Shown one piece after another: positions 27,281-32,000 of a stretch of DNA of 32,000 bases. The stretch spans positions 124,108 to 156,107 of the forward strand of contig JAQVDW010000002.1 in the NCBI GenBank assembly GCA_028698185.1, in the 5' to 3' direction. The position numbers and the translations under genes are program-made. The stretch comes from Erysipelotrichaceae bacterium. Lineage in GTDB: Bacteria > Bacillota_I > Bacilli_A > Erysipelotrichales > Coprobacillaceae. The stretch's first letter is position 1. The number at the start of each line of letters is the position of its first letter. The notes beneath the pieces were generated by a model, which ran no database searches, had not been told where the DNA came from, and worked only from the letters and a program-made list of their open reading frames with translations.

Positions 27281-28063
27281 ATGCCGGCATCATACACCCA
27301 CTACTACTTCGCCCGAGAAGTTTTCGCAAATTTGAAAGATCCAAATATTCAGAAGATAATAGAAAAATATCCGGATCTTTATTTTATCGGTTGTCATGGA
27401 CCGGATATCAATTTTTTTTACCGGCCGTACAAGGACAATAAAATAATTGATCAGGCGTATGCGATCCACGATGCTCCAGGGTTTCAATTTTTTGAACAAG
27501 CGATAAAGACCGCCAACCAAAGCCCCAACAGGGAAGCTAGCTGGTCCTATCTTCTGGGATTTTTGACCCATTTCATCCTTGACAGCAATTGCCATCCTTA
27601 CATAAACAACGTGATCGAACCGCAGACAAACGAATTTCATTCCACCATCGAGTCCCAATATGACCGACGCTTCATTCTCAAAGACAAGCTGAATCCGATG
27701 ACAACCCACATCAGGGACCATATTGTGATTTCCAGATTCAACAGCAAAATAATAGCACCCTTTTTTAGATTGAAGCCGGAAATAATAATGAGTTCGCTGC
27801 GAGGGTTCAAATTTTTTGACGGGTTCTTCGTAACCTCATGCAAGTTAAGGCGCAAGATTTCAAGTTTCTTTTTAGTTAAGATGAAAATGGAAAGCCATAC
27901 CGGTCTGTTCATGCTCGACCAGCCGGAAAAAACGAATCTTTCGGCGCACCTTGACCATCTCGACACCCTTTACAATACCTCATTATTGGAAAGCAATCAG
28001 CTCCTGACTGACTTTTTTTACAAACAGGAACTTACAGACCGATACGATCGCAACTTCGAATAA
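27281..28063 (+). CDS. Zinc-dependent phospholipase C-family protein
   Basis: An N-terminal SYTHYYF histidine, GCHGPD and FLTHFILDSNCHPYIN match the metal-ligand pattern of the Zn_dep_PLPC family. The start lies 1 nt after the upstream stop. Confidence 0.65.
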   Translation: MPASYTHYYFAREVFANLKDPNIQKIIEKYPDLYFIGCHGPDINFFYRPYKDNKIIDQAYAIHDAPGFQFFEQAIKTANQSPNREASWSYLLGFLTHFILDSNCHPYINNVIEPQTNEFHSTIESQYDRRFILKDKLNPMTTHIRDHIVISRFNSKIIAPFFRLKPEIIMSSLRGFKFFDGFFVTSCKLRRKISSFFLVKMKMESHTGLFMLDQPEKTNLSAHLDHLDTLYNTSLLESNQLLTDFFYKQELTDRYDRNFE

Positions 28064-28095
28064 AAACCGGCGGGAAAAATCCCTCCGGTTTTTTA
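28062..28095. terminator. Bidirectional terminator
   Basis: AAAACCGGCGGGA-loop-TCCCTCCGGTTTT (one mismatch), with A/T runs on both sides. The permease stop codon is in the T tract. Confidence 0.7.
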
Positions 28096-31000
28096 CTCTA
28101 CAGATTTTAATGATTCAATCATATCGACCTTATCGACGATCCGCCGCATCAGGAAATTTATGGCAACAGTAAATGCCATTGTTATGAAAAATGAAATAAC
28201 AAGCGTCTTCCAATTGACTGTCCGGACAAAAGCGACCGACTCCAGCTCGACGGTGATAATCAGATAATAGTGGATGATTTTACCGATTGCCATCCCCACG
28301 AAACTCCCAATTACGCTTAGATAGATATTCTCACGGAATATATAATCATATATTTCACGCTGATAGAATCCCAATACCTTGATTGTGGCAACTTCTACAA
28401 TTCTCTCCTGGATATTGATGTTTGTCAGGTTATAGATGACAATCAAGGCCAGGAATCCTGCTGCAACAATCAAAATGATAATCACGGTGTCGATTGACTG
28501 GATCTGTCCTTTGAATTCGGCCTGTTGTTCTCCGTTTGTTTCCTGGGAAATAATCAGGTCGCTGTCGAGCTTCGCCATATCCCCCTTGACCAGTGCCGTA
28601 TTGATTGATACAGGTTCACCTGTAAGATTTTCAAAATTGCTTTCGTTCATGAATAAGACATTTCCGTAGTAATAGGTAATGATATTCGTTACGGTGACCG
28701 GATAATAGTCGTCCTGGTAAAGTATTTCTATTTCGTCACCTACTTTGACATTCAACTTCTCAGACAGCTTGTGACTTATGGCAACCGTCCGATCATCGAT
28801 TACAAGATCATTGCCAGAATCCTGCAAACTTAGCAGCTGCCTGTAATTGTCGTCGGCTTCGATATTCATCGTAACGTAGCTGTCCTCGATTTCAACTATC
28901 GATTCATAGTAATTGTTTATGATCAGTCCTTCGCTGCCGAGCTTGTTTGAAAACTCCATGATCTGGTCATTAGTGCTCTCACTCTTATATGATATTTCAC
29001 AATCGTATCTGTTGATTTGCTCAAACTGTCTTTGGAGTGATTGGGAAATGGAATATTTTATCCCGAATGCCACAACGAGTAGCGATGTACAGCCGGCGAT
29101 TCCGATAATTGACATCAAAAACCGTCTCTTGTAGCGGAATATATTTCTCAAGGTAACCTTATTGTTGAAAGACAACCTTTTCCAGATAGGGGTTATTCTC
29201 TCTAGAAGAATTCTTTTACCCAACTTAGGTGGTTTTGGTCTTAAGAGGTTGGCCGGTTTTTCCTGCAGTTCCTTAGCGGCAACCAGCCAGGTCACAACCA
29301 TGACAATTCCAACCGAAATCAAAAGGGTCACCATAATGATTGCAGGATCAAATATGATTTTGGTCGGAGCAAAGACATCGTACATCATCAGATTGTAGAG
29401 ATAGTAAATAAATGACGGGAAGAAATTAATCCCGAAAACAATCCCAAGTATTGTTGCTGGCAAAGTCGCGATAATCACAAAAAGCAGATAGCTGTTCAGG
29501 ATGTTCCTTTTGCTGTACCCTAGCGACAGCAGGGTCCCGTTGTGAATCCGCTGCTCCTCAACCATCCGGGTCATGGTGGTCATCGCCACCAAAGCCGCAA
29601 CAAGGAAGAAGATTATCGGAAACAGGTATGAAAGCGACTGGATTGCCTGGGCATTTTGGGCAAAGGAATCGATACCTTCATTCTGGTCCTTGGTGAAACT
29701 GAACAGTTTTCCGTGTTCAAAATCATCGAGGTCGGCTCTTGCCTGAGCTATTTTCAAATAGCCATCGTCGATTTTGGCCTTGGCCTCATCCAATTCTATC
29801 TTAGTTTCATCAAGCAATTCCTTGGAATTTGCCAGGGCGCTGTCATTTGCCGCAAGTTCATTCTTGGCATTGTCAAGCTGCTCCTTGGACTCAGCCAACG
29901 CTGCCTGAGCTCCATCCAGCTGGACTTTGGTAGCATCAAGCAATTCCTTGTTTTCATCGAGTTGCTGTCTGCTTTCCTCCAGGGTGGCATAGGCTTGATC
30001 CAGGGCACTTTTGGTTGCGTCAAGCTCAACTTTTGCTGTCTTAAGCTCGATTTTTTGCTGTTCGAGCAATATCCTGGTGTCCTCATCAACGAAGAAAATA
30101 TCGGCGTAAGCCAAATCGAAATCCGCCTGGTTAGTCTCGTATATGGTTACCGCCTGGTTATATGCTTCAAGATTATGGTTGTATGATTCCAGGCCGGATT
30201 CATACTCGCTCAAACCCTGATTGTACTTCTGTAGCCCGTATTCGTATTGCTGCTTGCCATCGAGATATTCCTGCATTCCCTGATCGTATTTGCTTAGCCC
30301 CGCAAGATAATCCTGATTGCCTTGGGCCAACAAGTCCTTACCTTGCTCATATTGAGCAAGTCCATCTTCATATGCAACAACACCGTCATTGTACTGGAAA
30401 AGAGCATCATCGAGCTTGTCCTGCTCGGCCTGGATCTCATAATTTGTATCATCGATGACCTTTTCATATTTATTTGCATAGACCGGTTCAAGGACAGCCA
30501 TCACTTCCTGGCTTACTTTTTCAAGATCATCACCATATCCGGCCGAGAATATCTGGTCGTTTGCGATCTGGACATCAACCTGATTGTAGACATATCCATC
30601 GAAAAGATCATAAAGTTCCTGAGGCATGATAAAGTTTTCATTCCCATTGTTCAAAATCGCAAAGAAGCCGTAGTTTTCGCCTTCATTGTAACTGTTTATG
30701 CCTCGGAATGCCTTCGCTATATAATTTGAGCTATTGGCTATCCCGGATACCATGAATCGCTTTGTGCCTTGTTCATTTTCGAACTCAAGATGGTCACCAA
30801 TTTCAATCCCCTCAACAAGACTGAATGACTTGTCAATGACGCACTCACCGGAATTTATCGGGAAACTCCCTGAGACTAGCTCCAAATTGCTTTTGGAAAA
30901 GTCATTGTAACCATAGCCGACCATGCCCAAAGTCTTGATGTCGTTCTGGTAGACAACATCGAAACGGTTCAACAGATTGACATCGACAACATCTTCTATT

Positions 31001-31239
31001 TCTATCAGCGGATCGATATCACTCTGTTTGAAACCGTAAGTTCCCACAACCGAAAAATCCCAGTAGTTGTTGACATTGAGATAATCGTTCATACTTTTTT
31101 CCATTATCAACGGTGTCGACTGAAGTCCCGCAAAAATGGATGACCCGAGTAACATAATCAGAAAAATTGATATAAAGCGCGATTTCGCCTTATTGATATT
31201 TTTGATTATGTTTTTATTGAATGTTCTCATTTTTACCAC
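28093..31239 (-). CDS. MacB-type ABC permease with two fused FtsX modules and a very large first extracytoplasmic domain
   Basis: One transmembrane helix, a domain of about 500 aa, then 3 helices. After that come one helix, a domain of about 190 aa, then 3 helices. It overlaps the upstream ATPase gene. The start is either GTG 31239 or ATG 31230. Confidence 0.85.
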   Translation of the reverse strand: MVKMRTFNKNIIKNINKAKSRFISIFLIMLLGSSIFAGLQSTPLIMEKSMNDYLNVNNYWDFSVVGTYGFKQSDIDPLIEIEDVVDVNLLNRFDVVYQNDIKTLGMVGYGYNDFSKSNLELVSGSFPINSGECVIDKSFSLVEGIEIGDHLEFENEQGTKRFMVSGIANSSNYIAKAFRGINSYNEGENYGFFAILNNGNENFIMPQELYDLFDGYVYNQVDVQIANDQIFSAGYGDDLEKVSQEVMAVLEPVYANKYEKVIDDTNYEIQAEQDKLDDALFQYNDGVVAYEDGLAQYEQGKDLLAQGNQDYLAGLSKYDQGMQEYLDGKQQYEYGLQKYNQGLSEYESGLESYNHNLEAYNQAVTIYETNQADFDLAYADIFFVDEDTRILLEQQKIELKTAKVELDATKSALDQAYATLEESRQQLDENKELLDATKVQLDGAQAALAESKEQLDNAKNELAANDSALANSKELLDETKIELDEAKAKIDDGYLKIAQARADLDDFEHGKLFSFTKDQNEGIDSFAQNAQAIQSLSYLFPIIFFLVAALVAMTTMTRMVEEQRIHNGTLLSLGYSKRNILNSYLLFVIIATLPATILGIVFGINFFPSFIYYLYNLMMYDVFAPTKIIFDPAIIMVTLLISVGIVMVVTWLVAAKELQEKPANLLRPKPPKLGKRILLERITPIWKRLSFNNKVTLRNIFRYKRRFLMSIIGIAGCTSLLVVAFGIKYSISQSLQRQFEQINRYDCEISYKSESTNDQIMEFSNKLGSEGLIINNYYESIVEIEDSYVTMNIEADDNYRQLLSLQDSGNDLVIDDRTVAISHKLSEKLNVKVGDEIEILYQDDYYPVTVTNIITYYYGNVLFMNESNFENLTGEPVSINTALVKGDMAKLDSDLIISQETNGEQQAEFKGQIQSIDTVIIILIVAAGFLALIVIYNLTNINIQERIVEVATIKVLGFYQREIYDYIFRENIYLSVIGSFVGMAIGKIIHYYLIITVELESVAFVRTVNWKTLVISFFITMAFTVAINFLMRRIVDKVDMIESLKSVE
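29722..30393 (-). repeat. In-frame heptad arrays inside the permease gene: 13 Y-x-x-G heptads followed by 17 L(D) heptads
   Basis: Tyr sits at residues 283, 290, 297, 311 and every 7 residues through 367, with Gly at +3. Leu/Ile sits at residues 392 through 504 every 7 residues, mostly as LD. This resembles the xxxLxxG heptad class of Pip/YhgE proteins. Confidence 0.8.
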
Positions 31240-31937
31240 TCGATCTCATCAATGTCTTTGGGATTTTCATTGAAATGCTGGCTGTCGATCCTGCCGTTTT
31301 TCAAATGCATCACAATATCCGCCATTGGCGCAATAGCGCTGTTGTGGGTAATGATTATTACAGTCATCTGGTATTTTTCCGCCATCTCCTTGAGCAATTT
31401 AAGAATGTCCTTGCCAGTCTGATAGTCAAGCGCTCCGGTAGGTTCGTCACACAGCAACAATTTGGGGTTTTTTGCAATTGCCCGGGCAATTGCTACCCGT
31501 TGTTGCTCCCCGCCCGAAAGTTGCGCCGGAAAATTGTTCATTCGCTCCTGCAATCCCACCCGTTGCAATACCATATGGGAATCCAGCGGATTCTTGGTGA
31601 TTTGGCTGGCAAGATCGACATTCTCGATTGCCGTAAGATTCTGGATCAGATTGTAGAACTGGAAGACAAAACCGATATCCTCACGACGGTAACGTGTCAG
31701 TTGTCGCTGCGTATATGCTTCGATATTTTTTCCATCGATAATTATTTTTCCTGAGCTAGCCTTGTCCATTCCACCCAGCAAGTTCAATATGGTAGTTTTT
31801 CCAGCACCTGATGGTCCGACCATAACCACAAATTTTCCCTTGTCTATGGAAAAATTCACCTGATTGGAGGCCTTGATAGTTATATCACCAACCTTGTACA
31901 CTTTAGAAACATCGATAAATTCAATAAATTTTGTCAA
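31233..31937 (-). CDS. ABC transporter ATP-binding protein (MacB/LolD-like)
   Basis: Walker [10 protein letters not shown], signature LSGGEQQR and Walker [16 protein letters not shown] start at 31937 with GAGGA 9 nt upstream. Confidence 0.9.
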   Translation of the reverse strand: MTKFIEFIDVSKVYKVGDITIKASNQVNFSIDKGKFVVMVGPSGAGKTTILNLLGGMDKASSGKIIIDGKNIEAYTQRQLTRYRREDIGFVFQFYNLIQNLTAIENVDLASQITKNPLDSHMVLQRVGLQERMNNFPAQLSGGEQQRVAIARAIAKNPKLLLCDEPTGALDYQTGKDILKLLKEMAEKYQMTVIIITHNSAIAPMADIVMHLKNGRIDSQHFNENPKDIDEIEW

Positions 31938-32000
31938 AATTTCACATCCTCTTCTTTATTCTTAAGTAAGAATTATATACTTAAAATATAGATTATTTAT

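Noticed and set aside
29656-30729. Plus-strand ORFs of 98-176 aa antisense to the permease heptad region
   Set aside because: Their openness is a by-product of the repetitive, stop-poor heptad coding sequence on the other strand.
31221-31754. 177-aa plus-strand ORF
   Set aside because: It lies entirely antisense within the ABC ATPase gene, which has canonical Walker and signature motifs.
31958-31973. 16-bp palindrome ATTCTTA-AG-TAAGAAT upstream of the ABC ATPase gene
   Set aside because: It may be an operator, but it lies at the window edge with no regulator in view, so it cannot be evaluated.
1-32000. Scan for CRISPR arrays, tRNA or rRNA genes, IS elements, integrases and known defence genes
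   Set aside because: I saw no regularly spaced direct repeats, no tRNA-like T-arm (GGTTCGAATCC type), no transposase or recombinase translations, and no nuclease, ATPase or RT clusters typical of defence islands.

Overview
This window looks like core chromosome from a low-GC Gram-positive (Bacillota-type) genome, judging by AGGAGG-type ribosome binding sites (RBS), hairpin-plus-T-run terminators and B. subtilis-like synteny. I found no mobile element, CRISPR array, rRNA or tRNA. The left two thirds is mostly minus-strand housekeeping. It holds the prfA 5' end, a LUD-domain gene and the yybS-gdpP-rplI-dnaB-tdk cluster. It also holds a GH36-like glycosidase, a SulP anion transporter and pdxR divergent from pdxST. 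Further along come rpsF-ssb-rpsR, ispD, a small alarmone synthetase, and a lysine-riboswitch-controlled operon (ACT-domain protein, dapA, dapB, lysA). The right third (20-32 kb) is more accessory. It holds a PF06541 membrane protein, MarR plus a two-gene ABC exporter, an SdpR/SdpI-like pair and an AhpD/CMD-like protein. It ends with an ArsC/Spx-family protein, a Zn-phospholipase-C-family protein and a MacB-type ABC system. That system's 1048-aa double-FtsX permease carries about 30 strictly periodic heptads. The least explained part is an AT-rich, ORF-poor gap of about 1 kb (85-1112) between prfA and the LUD gene. It has a plus-strand promoter-like site and a plus-oriented terminator, so it is a candidate large non-coding RNA. 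It also has a 20-nt exact match that would be antisense to the glycosidase mRNA. I cannot name a clearly novel multi-gene system from sequence alone. All calls rest on reading the translations and DNA by eye, with no database search.
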